From positions 256,001 to 320,000 of the forward strand of contig CBDDDZ010000002.1 in NCBI GenBank assembly GCA_965226795.1: DNA of 64,000 bases, read 5' to 3'. The translations under genes were made by a program, and so were the position numbers. Positions 28,803 to 37,573 of this stretch are shown piece by piece. Source of the DNA: Candidatus Latescibacterota bacterium (GTDB lineage Bacteria; Latescibacterota; UBA2968; GCA-2709665). Below the pieces are notes generated by a model. That model saw only the letters and a program-made list of their open reading frames with translations, was not told the origin of the DNA and did not search any database. Each line of letters begins with the position of its first letter. Within the stretch, counting starts at the first letter, position 1.

Positions 28803-29294
28803 ATGGGCGTAGCAGTCATGGATGTGCCTGTTGCGGGAGAAGTGTCGTCTTTGATAGATCGTTCAGCGCGGGAGAACATGGATGCATTGTCGCGCCCTTC
28901 AATTTCAGGCGAGATATACCGAAATTTTGAAATTACCAATGATGTTGTTTTGAATGCCATGGCTGATTGGCATAAGTTTCTGAAGCTACTTGAAGAGAAC
29001 CCTGCAAACTACAAATCTATGTGCCGCGACGGTGATGTGAAAAGGGCTATCGCCGGCCTGGATGAAGCCGGGAAGACAGTGCGGAGAGAAACCTGGCTGG
29101 CTCTCGGAGAGAAAATTAAGGAGAACCACCCCGGCCTTTACGATAAATTCAAATTGGTGGATGAGAATATTGTAGCCTTTGGCGCACTCCTGCAAGAGGT
29201 AAGCTGGACCCTGTTGATTCTGCATCGGGAAGACCAGCCCAGCACGGGGAAGTCGTTTTCCGTAGATGAGGCAATTGCCGACTTGTGGAGTTAG
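28803..29294 (+). CDS. hypothetical protein, putative antitoxin
   Basis: 163-aa ORF in an AT-richer islet with GGAG RBS; ends GKSFSVDEAIADLWS, 2 nt before a RelE-like ORF. Confidence 0.55.
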   Translation: MGVAVMDVPVAGEVSSLIDRSARENMDALSRPSISGEIYRNFEITNDVVLNAMADWHKFLKLLEENPANYKSMCRDGDVKRAIAGLDEAGKTVRRETWLALGEKIKENHPGLYDKFKLVDENIVAFGALLQEVSWTLLILHREDQPSTGKSFSVDEAIADLWS

Positions 29295-29296
29295 AC

Positions 29297-29614
29297 GTGG
29301 CTGGATCGTATCTCCCGGCGGTACAAAGAATCCAGTATCACAATAACGATGTCAGAAAGGACGTAAAAAAGTTACCAAATAAAAAAAAACGGCTCGAAGA
29401 GTTCATGAATAATCTCCGTGTCGGTCAGATACCCAGGACAGGGAAAAACATCGCACAAGTGGCAAACGTTAAATAGTATCGTTTAAACGATCAGTATCGC
29501 GTAGCCTTTTCGTTTCGAGATGGGACAGCAGTGATAAAATGCGTTGGCGATCATCCGAAAATTGAAAAATACCTCGCCAAGGTGGAATCGGAATCACGAA
29601 AGCATCGAAGATAA
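29297..29614 (+). pseudogene. RelE/ParE-superfamily toxin interrupted by in-frame TAG (29474-29476)
   Basis: Same frame continues past the stop as YRLNDQYRVAFSFRDGTAVIKCVGDH, resembling the RelE/HigB R-x-N-D-x-Y-R...VGDH C-terminus. Confidence 0.65.
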
Positions 29615-29740
29615 CCCAAACAAGACGCCGCATCGTAGATTTGAACCCTCACAATCCAAGCTAAAATACCAACCAGGGGGTTCGACACGTAGGCTAAAAC
29701 CGTCTGCAAATCGGCGTAATTCCATAAAGAATGCGACAGG

Positions 29741-29775
29741 AAAAAAGAAGCCGAGGTGAAAACCTCGGCCTCTTT
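29741..29775. terminator. bidirectional intrinsic terminator between convergent islet units
   Basis: AAAAAAGAAGCCGAGGT-GAAA-ACCTCGGCCTCTTT. Confidence 0.7.
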
Positions 29776-29776
29776 G

Positions 29777-29923
29777 TCATCTGTTTTCTCGTGGTCCGGG
29801 CGGTGATTGTGGCCTGGGTGGTGACTGTGGAGTTGTTTCAGGTCTTGGAGGCGGTGCCGGTCTCGGGCTTGCGGGATTACGCGGTGGTCTTATGGCTCAT
29901 TCTTGCCCGCCTCTTTCTCCCAT
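29777..29923 (-). pseudogene. small proline-rich ORF with internal TGA
   Basis: ATG overlaps the upstream stop (TGATG) after GGAGG; reads MGERGGQE*AIRPPRNPASPRPAPPPRPETTPQSPPRPQSPPGPRENR*. Confidence 0.45.
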
Positions 29924-30438
29924 CAGGCCTCCCTGATTGAATATTGATCTACCAGTGAATTATCTGCTTCTCTTTGGCTTTTGATGTTGAATTTGTCATT
30001 TACCGAGATATCTGCCCAACCAGGAATGCTTGTTGCCCTCTCGCCGGATTCAATAAGATCCATCAGTATATCGTAGGCTTCATTATTGTCTATCGCGTTG
30101 TTTTCTATCTTCGACCACAACGCTTTGTGTTTGTCCTGCAAATCAAAACACATGACGCTTACCGCATGAAGACTGGCGGATTTTCTTGCATGATTCCCAA
30201 GTAGGCCAAGCACACTAACTGCAACAATGCCCAGATCTACTATGACTTCAGCCAGCCTACCTATGTAGTCCGAAAACATAAAGCGACCAGCCCCGGCTAT
30301 TGCGCAGAGCGCAAGTCCTATCATGATAGCATTGTGTCGCCTGCGATAATAACGAGAAAGTTCATCGTAGCATCTGGCCGCCCTCTCTACATCCAGATAC
30401 TCATTCCAGGCCATCCTTCGAGTAGCGTCACTGACCAT
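29923..30438 (-). CDS. two-TM membrane protein, SLATT-domain-like
   Basis: 171 aa: N-terminal helix, two hydrophobic segments, then a 'KSASLH' helical tail; GGAGG RBS; AT-rich. Confidence 0.55.
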   Translation of the reverse strand: MVSDATRRMAWNEYLDVERAARCYDELSRYYRRRHNAIMIGLALCAIAGAGRFMFSDYIGRLAEVIVDLGIVAVSVLGLLGNHARKSASLHAVSVMCFDLQDKHKALWSKIENNAIDNNEAYDILMDLIESGERATSIPGWADISVNDKFNIKSQREADNSLVDQYSIREA

Positions 30439-31012
30439 GGCGGACCTCCGAAGTCAACTACATCCCGTCGCAACGACAAAACGCGGGCTTCATCCTCTCA
30501 ACTAAAGGTACCGGATCGTACTTTGCGAGTCAAACGATTTTCGATGATACGGGCTCGGTACTTGAAGCCATTTCATCCGATTGCTCCTCCTCTCCGCCCG
30601 ATATACTACATTGAACCCGGCCGGCCTGTGGCGATTACACAAACGGGATTGCGGCTCATAGACCTGCCTGTCCGAATTCGTTTGAACGGCGGTGGGTTTT
30701 GAAAACCCATCAGCGAAGTTTCGGCAGATTCGGTGAGTTGTCGCTAGGTGTGTCTGAGACCGATCGTTCTGAGAGGAAATGTAACGGCGAAGCGTTGAGG
30801 GAAAGACAGCAAAAAGGACCAGAATATGTACAAGATAGATTATCGTTGTTGCAATATGCAACAGTGATGCAAAATCAAGGTAATTCCCCGCTGAACATGT
30901 TGACGTCGGGAAAGAATAAACCGACCGACGTCGCCGGCGCCGATGATCAGCGGTTCTTTGGGGACGATGTTTCGGAGGGAAATTTGAACCTGCGCGCCTG
31001 ATGTGGTGGCGG

Positions 31013-32092
31013 CTAAGGTCTGTAGATCAGCACGTGATCCGAAGCCTCGCCGTCTTTCAATCCGTCGACAATCAGCACGCGACCATCACGAAGGACCGTT
31101 GTTGTATAAAACAGTCGATTCTGCCCGATGCTGTCTCCCGTGCGACCGAACGTCCCGGAGGCCGGATCGTAAAGGACCACGTTTCCATCTTCGCCGCCGA
31201 TGAGAAACACTTCCCCCTTGCGAAGTACGGCGGCGGCCCGAATCGGCGTGATACCTGGAGTTCCCGCCGGCGAGAACGTTCCGGTAGCCGGGTCATATAG
31301 TTCGGCGGCCGTTACCTGCTCAGGAGAGGCCGGTTCGCCTTTAACACCGCCAACAACCAATACCCTTCCGTCTCGAAGAAGCACGGCTTTGTGATTTCGC
31401 CGTTCGTTGTGCAATTCGCCAACTTCCGTAAAGGCGTTGGACGTCGGGTCATAGATTTCCGCTGCTTTGCCCGAGGCCGCAGGATAGCCGCCGCCAACGA
31501 TGAGTATGCGCCCATCCAGCAGCAAAGTAGCCGTATGGCCTCCTCGACTGCCATCCAACCCGGAAATTGACGTGAAGTTGCCCGTGTCCGGGTCGAAAAT
31601 GGCCACGCCCAATGCGCAATATGTGAGGATGCTGCCATCGGGAAGTAACGCTGCCGTGCCGATGTCTCCCAACGTTGCGTTGTATGCGGAGAATCTTCCC
31701 GATTGCGGATCGTAAATCTCCACCGGAGGGAGGTGCCAACCCAATATTACGACCCGGCCATCCTGTAGCAATATTCCCGTGTCGCGAGTTCGAGCCACCG
31801 ACATGCTACGAGCCACCGATGAGGTTTGGGTCTCAGGATCGAATAGCTCCGTGCTGTCGTGATACAGTCCCGGAGACGTATGACCCGGGCGATCCGTCGG
31901 GGCGCCGCCCGAGATGAGAACGTGGCCGTTTTTCAATAGGGTCGAAGTATGCCAGAACCGCTTTTGGGTCAGATTTCCGGCGAAGTCAAAGCCCTTCAGG
32001 TCGGCCGGCGGTTCCGAGGGTGTGAGTACATTTCCGCCACATGAAAGAATACTTGAACAAATAACGAGTACCGGTACGAATCTCGTGGACAT
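31013..32092 (-). CDS. Kelch-repeat beta-propeller lipoprotein
   Basis: Lipobox ILSC; repeated HTATLLxDGRVLxxGG...ELYDP units. Confidence 0.9.
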   Translation of the reverse strand: MSTRFVPVLVICSSILSCGGNVLTPSEPPADLKGFDFAGNLTQKRFWHTSTLLKNGHVLISGGAPTDRPGHTSPGLYHDSTELFDPETQTSSVARSMSVARTRDTGILLQDGRVVILGWHLPPVEIYDPQSGRFSAYNATLGDIGTAALLPDGSILTYCALGVAIFDPDTGNFTSISGLDGSRGGHTATLLLDGRILIVGGGYPAASGKAAEIYDPTSNAFTEVGELHNERRNHKAVLLRDGRVLVVGGVKGEPASPEQVTAAELYDPATGTFSPAGTPGITPIRAAAVLRKGEVFLIGGEDGNVVLYDPASGTFGRTGDSIGQNRLFYTTTVLRDGRVLIVDGLKDGEASDHVLIYRP

Positions 32093-32506
32093 TTTGTGAC
32101 CCTCCTTCCACCAGACGGAATTTGTGGTCTCGGATTTGCGCGCCGCTGCGGCGAGGGCGATCGTCTCGCAATACTCTTCGAATGGGGTGGTGGTCTACTG
32201 TGCGAAGGGTGGCTTTATCGAAAGGATGAGCGTTCGATCGAGGCAGGACACCGGTGCCTCAGTAACGCGAGCTTAATCTGAAGCGCGGTTACCGGTGTCC
32301 AGGAAGGTTCGCTGATGATGACGTTCTCAATGCACTGGGGCCGGAGCCGGGAGGGACCACACCCTCGCAAAAAACCCTTTGTTACAGGGATTAGGGGATC
32401 CCCCGGCTCACCGATGCATACCTGGCCGGGGTGTCGCCTGAAATTACCGCTACAATGCATTACAAACCCGGTGATGCACTCACACTTCAGGTTGTATCCA
32501 CCAATC

Positions 32507-35500
32507 CTAGTTTGCGATGACAAATACCACGTCTTTTTCCGCCGACTCGCCGCTGTTCTTATCGGTGATCGATACCTTCAATGAGTATCGACCCGGGACC
32601 TGCTCTCCCAACGCCAGTTCCACGTATTCGACCTCCTGAGCGGCGTCGCCCTGCTGTTCGTACGTGACGGCCAGTTCTTCTCTTCTACCTGTTCCCCACC
32701 GGAACAGGCGTGAGATGTTGCCCACCCTGCCCGGCGTGTCTTTGGATGTGATCGTATAGGATACGGTGTAGTTCGTCCGTCCGAACTTGTCCTTCGCCAG
32801 GTTGTAGATTTCGTAGTAGACGAATACGCTCTGTCCCCTTTTGAAAGTTCTTGAGGGCATCGGGACAACGTTCAGGTCTCCCTTTCTGAACCGGTTGTCT
32901 ACTTTTTCCGCGGCAACCTGCCAGGCCAGTTCCAAGTCGCTGATCTGCAGTTGACTTTTTCCATACGGCTCCACGACGACCTGCTGTCGATAGGCGCCCA
33001 TGCGTCCCCTGAGGCGGTCCTGCGATTTCACCTCCAGGCGGTAGGCGCCGGGCGGCAGGGTCAGCTTCAGTACGCCAGGAACCAGTATGCCCTCCCCGGC
33101 CTGGTTGCCGGCAGCCTCGTACGTCAACCCATTCGATTGCCGGTAGACCGTGTCCAGCGAGGATGAAATGAGCGACGCATGGTGCGTCAGTACCTGGCGC
33201 GTGACATCCTCGTCCCCCACATAGTGGGCGGGAAGAATGGGGACGCCGTAGTAGACTTCGAGAAGGCTTCGGTCATCCTCGCCCCTGAAGTCAGCCAGCG
33301 AATAGTGGAAATCGAGAGGCGGTGTCTCGTCTTCGGGGGCATAGAAATCGGGTGTACCCGACGCCGCTCGCTGGTAGACCGATCGTGGAGAGTGGGTGCT
33401 TAACGAAGCGGTCTGACGTATCGAAATCCCTCCCTGGTTCGGCGGCACCGGGGCATAATCATATGTTCCGGAACCGATTTCGTCTGTAAAGGTGATTTCA
33501 ATGCCGCCTCCCACGTCGGTATAGATCCACGTCTCCCAGGGCACCATACTCGGATCGTCGCCTGCGGTAACCGGGTGATAGTCTCCGAATCCCAGCCGTT
33601 CGTCCATTGGAAAAATACCTATACGGACGTTATCATCAGGCGCTGGTGACGGCGTCGTTACGCCTTCATCAACGGACGTGCTTTGTCCCGCAATCTCCGT
33701 GCCGTCGACCTCGCCGGCCCCGTCCTCGCCGGACGATGCCGATGCGTTCTCGATGTTGACCTCTCTCAGTTCATACCAGGCGCCATCCAACTGCCGAAGG
33801 CCGCGTACGGGGTAAACTGGGCCGACAAACGTGTGCGCCCCGACGTCGCTCTTGTATATCTTGAAAGCGAGGCGCTCCTTAACCCGCTGTACTTTCGGGC
33901 TTTGCTTGAAGTTGGGTTCGTCCGATCCTGATCGATGATCGGGTTCCCCGAACCGAATGTAGACTTCGCCTCGGGCGTCCCAAGGCTTTTTGTTCTTGGA
34001 GAACTCCGTGAGCGCGTACCAGACCCTTCGGTAGTGTTCCACTAAACGCTCGTTAACGGGTGTGGATAGATCCGGGTCCTTGGAATTCCAAAAGCGCTTC
34101 AGATAGTCTGCGCGGTTTGCGCCCTCGGCTTCGTCAAGCGCTCTTAGCTCTTCGGTAGACGCAATTTGCGTTATATCTTCGTACAGTCTTTGTTTATCCG
34201 GAACAAGATTGGAAATGTAATCTTCGAAGAACCCCATTGCCATGTCCGGATTGTCCCGTTTGATGGCAGAAATAGCAACGATGGGCATCAGTTCGATCGA
34301 CTCCGGATGCCTTTGGACGAAGTCGAACAGGTGATGCATGATCTTAGAATAGTCTCTGACTTTCAAGTATGCAATGCCAAGGCTACGTTGCGCATCCGCA
34401 TCTTCCGGACGAAGCGCGAGATACTTTGTATACCATACTACGGCCTTCTCGAATTCCCACGACATGTTTAAATAATAGTCCGCAATCAGCAAATAAGCAC
34501 CAGCATGGGCGGGGTCCTTTTCCAGGACCCTTTTTGCTTCCAACTCGGCATCGCGCTCTTTCATCGCATAACGAACTTTGGCCATCTGATATCGGGCATC
34601 CACGAAGTTTGGATCTTTGATCAACGCCTCCGTAAAATGGTGGATGGCAAAATGGCGCTGCATCGGCCAATTCTTGTAAAGCATACCCAGGCCATGGTGG
34701 GCCAGCACCTTGCTTCCCAGGGTCAGGGCTCGGTGAAATGCGTCCTTCGATTCGTTGAATCGGCTCAATGACAATAAAATGTGACCTAGCCTGATATATG
34801 CGTCAGGATCCTTTGGCCTTTGGCGCGCAATATTTCGGAAGATCAAGCGCGCCTGTTCCGGATTGTCCATGTCCAAAGCCAGGCGGCCAAGAGATGCAAG
34901 GCTATCTACACTTGCCGGCTGAAGAGCTGATCTTTTCGTCAGATTCCCTTGGGGACCGGAGGTACCGTATATCTGTTCTCCACTGTGCCAGAAACAGGCG
35001 AGGGCCGGCGCGCCGGGCAACCTTTCGTGTTTGTAGAGATAATCGCTTAGAAACGGGTAATCAGAGTTTGCCGGGCAGGAGAACAGCACGCCAAGGATTG
35101 CTATCCTGTCTTTCCGTGCGTTCCCGGAAGGTGTATCTGCGACGATTCTTTGAACCGCCCATTGATGTAGTTCCCCAAGATCCGCAAGATCCCTGTTGTC
35201 TTGGACGCGCTGAAATTCCTGTATCAAGCCCAACATCCCGATCATGTGCTCTTGACATATGAGAGTTTTGATCGCGTTTTTTTTCGTCTCGATCCAATAT
35301 TCACAGACTTCGATATATCTTGCGCAGCTTTTCCTTGAAAGGCCGTATTCTGGGGCTTTATCAAAGAGGCGTCTAAATGCGCGCCTGGCATTCTTGAACA
35401 GTTGGTCCGCATTCGTATCGTTTCCTCTGTGTACCGCATTCCTGGCACGTATATAGAAGTCAAGACCGGTACCGATCAAGCCCAGCACGATTTCTGAAGA

Positions 35501-36247
35501 ATCCGTTTCCCGCAATGCTTCTGTAGGAAGTGCCTTCGAAATGGACTCCCTATCTCGTTTTTCGATTTTGGACTTGCGTACTTCCGCCTTCGGCTGAATA
35601 ATCTTCGCCGTGCCTACGTGAACACGGATCGATTTCGATCCATCGTCAATACCACATGAAACAGCCTTGCCATCAGCTGACCAGAATACCGGCCCCGTTA
35701 ATTCGCCGGCAATCAGAAACCTGACGCCGCCCGCTTTATCCAAGACCCAAAGGCCATTGTTGATTCTCTCGAAAAAGCTTCCCCTGTACCCTGTGATCGC
35801 CAATGTGCGTCCATCCGGAGATAGCGTTATTTCGTTCGGCTGAAAATCCTCCGGAAGCGGCCATAGTTCTTCTTTCTCACCGTCCAGGCTCAACTTCCAA
35901 ATCCGATTGTTGGTAATCGGCAGAGATTGTCCGCCATAGTAATACGATGCCCAGGCTCTATGTTGTAAGCTTCGCTCCAGGTAAATCAAGACTTCACCAG
36001 CCGGGTCGAAAAAGAGATCCCCGAGTTCTCCAGGGTAGGTTTTGATCCTCCTGCGTCCGTTGTCCTCCTTGGAGGCAACCCAAATTTCAGTTATCGAAAT
36101 CGCAGCCTCGCCACGTTGGACCCCATAAGCCAAATCCCCGACTTCCGACCTTACGGTGAGATACTCACCGTCAAACGCATCGACAAGACGTGGCGTTGCC
36201 AGAGTACAGAATGCACACATGAGTAGACTCCTAATGATCCACTGCAT
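32507..36247 (-). CDS. secreted TPR + GWxTD-domain protein with N-terminal beta-propeller-like region
   Basis: Signal peptide, SPDG/SADG repeats, TPR tract, FWNSKDPD...NERLVEHYRR...WDARGEVYIRFGEPD, C-terminal Ig-like domains; AGGAGG RBS before ATG 36247. Confidence 0.82.
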   Translation of the reverse strand: MQWIIRSLLMCAFCTLATPRLVDAFDGEYLTVRSEVGDLAYGVQRGEAAISITEIWVASKEDNGRRRIKTYPGELGDLFFDPAGEVLIYLERSLQHRAWASYYYGGQSLPITNNRIWKLSLDGEKEELWPLPEDFQPNEITLSPDGRTLAITGYRGSFFERINNGLWVLDKAGGVRFLIAGELTGPVFWSADGKAVSCGIDDGSKSIRVHVGTAKIIQPKAEVRKSKIEKRDRESISKALPTEALRETDSSEIVLGLIGTGLDFYIRARNAVHRGNDTNADQLFKNARRAFRRLFDKAPEYGLSRKSCARYIEVCEYWIETKKNAIKTLICQEHMIGMLGLIQEFQRVQDNRDLADLGELHQWAVQRIVADTPSGNARKDRIAILGVLFSCPANSDYPFLSDYLYKHERLPGAPALACFWHSGEQIYGTSGPQGNLTKRSALQPASVDSLASLGRLALDMDNPEQARLIFRNIARQRPKDPDAYIRLGHILLSLSRFNESKDAFHRALTLGSKVLAHHGLGMLYKNWPMQRHFAIHHFTEALIKDPNFVDARYQMAKVRYAMKERDAELEAKRVLEKDPAHAGAYLLIADYYLNMSWEFEKAVVWYTKYLALRPEDADAQRSLGIAYLKVRDYSKIMHHLFDFVQRHPESIELMPIVAISAIKRDNPDMAMGFFEDYISNLVPDKQRLYEDITQIASTEELRALDEAEGANRADYLKRFWNSKDPDLSTPVNERLVEHYRRVWYALTEFSKNKKPWDARGEVYIRFGEPDHRSGSDEPNFKQSPKVQRVKERLAFKIYKSDVGAHTFVGPVYPVRGLRQLDGAWYELREVNIENASASSGEDGAGEVDGTEIAGQSTSVDEGVTTPSPAPDDNVRIGIFPMDERLGFGDYHPVTAGDDPSMVPWETWIYTDVGGGIEITFTDEIGSGTYDYAPVPPNQGGISIRQTASLSTHSPRSVYQRAASGTPDFYAPEDETPPLDFHYSLADFRGEDDRSLLEVYYGVPILPAHYVGDEDVTRQVLTHHASLISSSLDTVYRQSNGLTYEAAGNQAGEGILVPGVLKLTLPPGAYRLEVKSQDRLRGRMGAYRQQVVVEPYGKSQLQISDLELAWQVAAEKVDNRFRKGDLNVVPMPSRTFKRGQSVFVYYEIYNLAKDKFGRTNYTVSYTITSKDTPGRVGNISRLFRWGTGRREELAVTYEQQGDAAQEVEYVELALGEQVPGRYSLKVSITDKNSGESAEKDVVFVIAN

Positions 36248-36446
36248 GATGTCTCCCCTCCTGGCATTCAACAACACAATAAGGAACCACGAAGCGCGTG
36301 AACCGTCTTTTGCATCGGTAGATATCGGACCTGTGGCTACATTAGGGGTGGGTCCGCAAATCCTGCCCAGCCAATACAAAATTAACCGGGCCACCTGACA
36401 TAACCAAGAGAAATTTATACATAAAGTTAGGTAATTTAATAAATTA

Positions 36447-36769
36447 TGTCAACGCGCTGTGTAAGTTTCGTGCGATACACTGCGTGCCGATATAAAGTGA
36501 GACAGTTTTTCCGCCGAGTTTATTGTAGTATATTGGGCGGAGAGGACAGCGTAAGATGAGGTCAAGAACCCATATTGTAGACAACGGCAGAGAGCGGTCT
36601 TTGGTTTTGGAGGTCCCTCGCGGGATCTCCAGGACGACGAGGCCTGATCCGGAAGTACCGGAGCGTGCGAAGCGGCGTCGCTTTACAGCGCGGTGCATGC
36701 TTCGCATCCTGGAAGAGGCGGAGGCGTGCCGAGAGCCGGGAAGCAAAACACGCCGATCGCGCGTTGACA
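36447..36769 (+). mobile_element. internally deleted IS3-family element (transposase OrfA remnant)
   Basis: PDPEVPERAKRRRFTA..MLRILEEAEAC.EPG peptide; 11-bp inverted ends TGTCAACGCGC / GCGCGTTGACA. Confidence 0.7.
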
Positions 36770-36953
36770 CTGCTTTTTTTGCCCCGGCGTAAGGACCGGA
36801 TGCAGGTGCATCGAATCCTGGGAGATTTGTCGCAGGAGGGTGGGGATACCAGGGAGGGGGGCGAAGCCGGAAGGTGCGGTATCGAGGCAGCGTGAATCGC
36901 TATCGAATCTGGTGCGGAATCCTTAGTGCAAACCGTGTCCACCGGCGTTCGAT

Positions 36954-37532
36954 TCACCCACCCGGTTGAGCGTTCAACAATCGGATTCGCTTCACAATGT
37001 CATCTATGGCCGGCGAGTATTGTCCCTCAGTAGAAACATGGATTGTGGGTACGTCGAAATCCGGGGCAGTATATTTCCCGGGAGGCGCGATCTCACCAGT
37101 CTGCCTGTAGATTTCAACTCGTCTGTCGCCGTGGTAGTACTCCCGGTTCGGATCATCCAGACCCCGCTGAAGATGGCGCTTTGCCGCCAACATTGCGTCT
37201 ACGGTGCATACGACAAGAAAGGGAGTAGACAATTCAAGGATCCCAGGGATTCCCGGTTCCCAGACCCTGTGCTGAAACCCCGCCTCGATAACGACAGAGA
37301 CCTTGGCGGCAAGATACCGATTTACGATCTCGAAGAACAAATCAGAGACCACGCGATTGGTGTCCGGCGGAAGCTGATCGTGCTTTTCGCCAAGGGTGTT
37401 GACGTAGCCTTCCTTGATCTCGTCGCGACTGATGACCGGCATCCACAGCCTGTCGGCGAGCCCCCTGGTTAAAGTCGTTTTTCCTGAACCCGGGCGACCA
37501 GTGACAATGATGCAAGTGGGTTTGCGGCTCAT
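36954..37532 (-). CDS. P-loop kinase / AAA_33 family protein
   Basis: Walker A GRPGSGKT, ISRDEIKE and VVIEA motifs. Confidence 0.85.
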   Translation of the reverse strand: MSRKPTCIIVTGRPGSGKTTLTRGLADRLWMPVISRDEIKEGYVNTLGEKHDQLPPDTNRVVSDLFFEIVNRYLAAKVSVVIEAGFQHRVWEPGIPGILELSTPFLVVCTVDAMLAAKRHLQRGLDDPNREYYHGDRRVEIYRQTGEIAPPGKYTAPDFDVPTIHVSTEGQYSPAIDDIVKRIRLLNAQPGG

Positions 37533-37573
37533 GTTTCCCGCTGCTCGAAATTGGGTCCGGGAATTTTCCGCCA

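Noticed and set aside
29474..29899. Stop-codon reassignment or Sec/Pyl recoding to explain the in-frame TAG and TGA
   Set aside because: Ordinary genes in the window end with TAG, TGA and TAA at expected positions, and no recoding machinery is seen. Nonsense mutation is the simpler explanation.
30847..30863. Palindrome TGTTGCA-ATA-TGCAACA
   Set aside because: Single occurrence with no clear target gene or regulator nearby.
36892..36972. Integron attC-like site at the end of the AAA_33 gene (GCTCAAC...GTGAATCG/CGATTCAC)
   Set aside because: Only an 8-bp inverted repeat, no matching GTTRRRY core, and no integrase or further cassettes.
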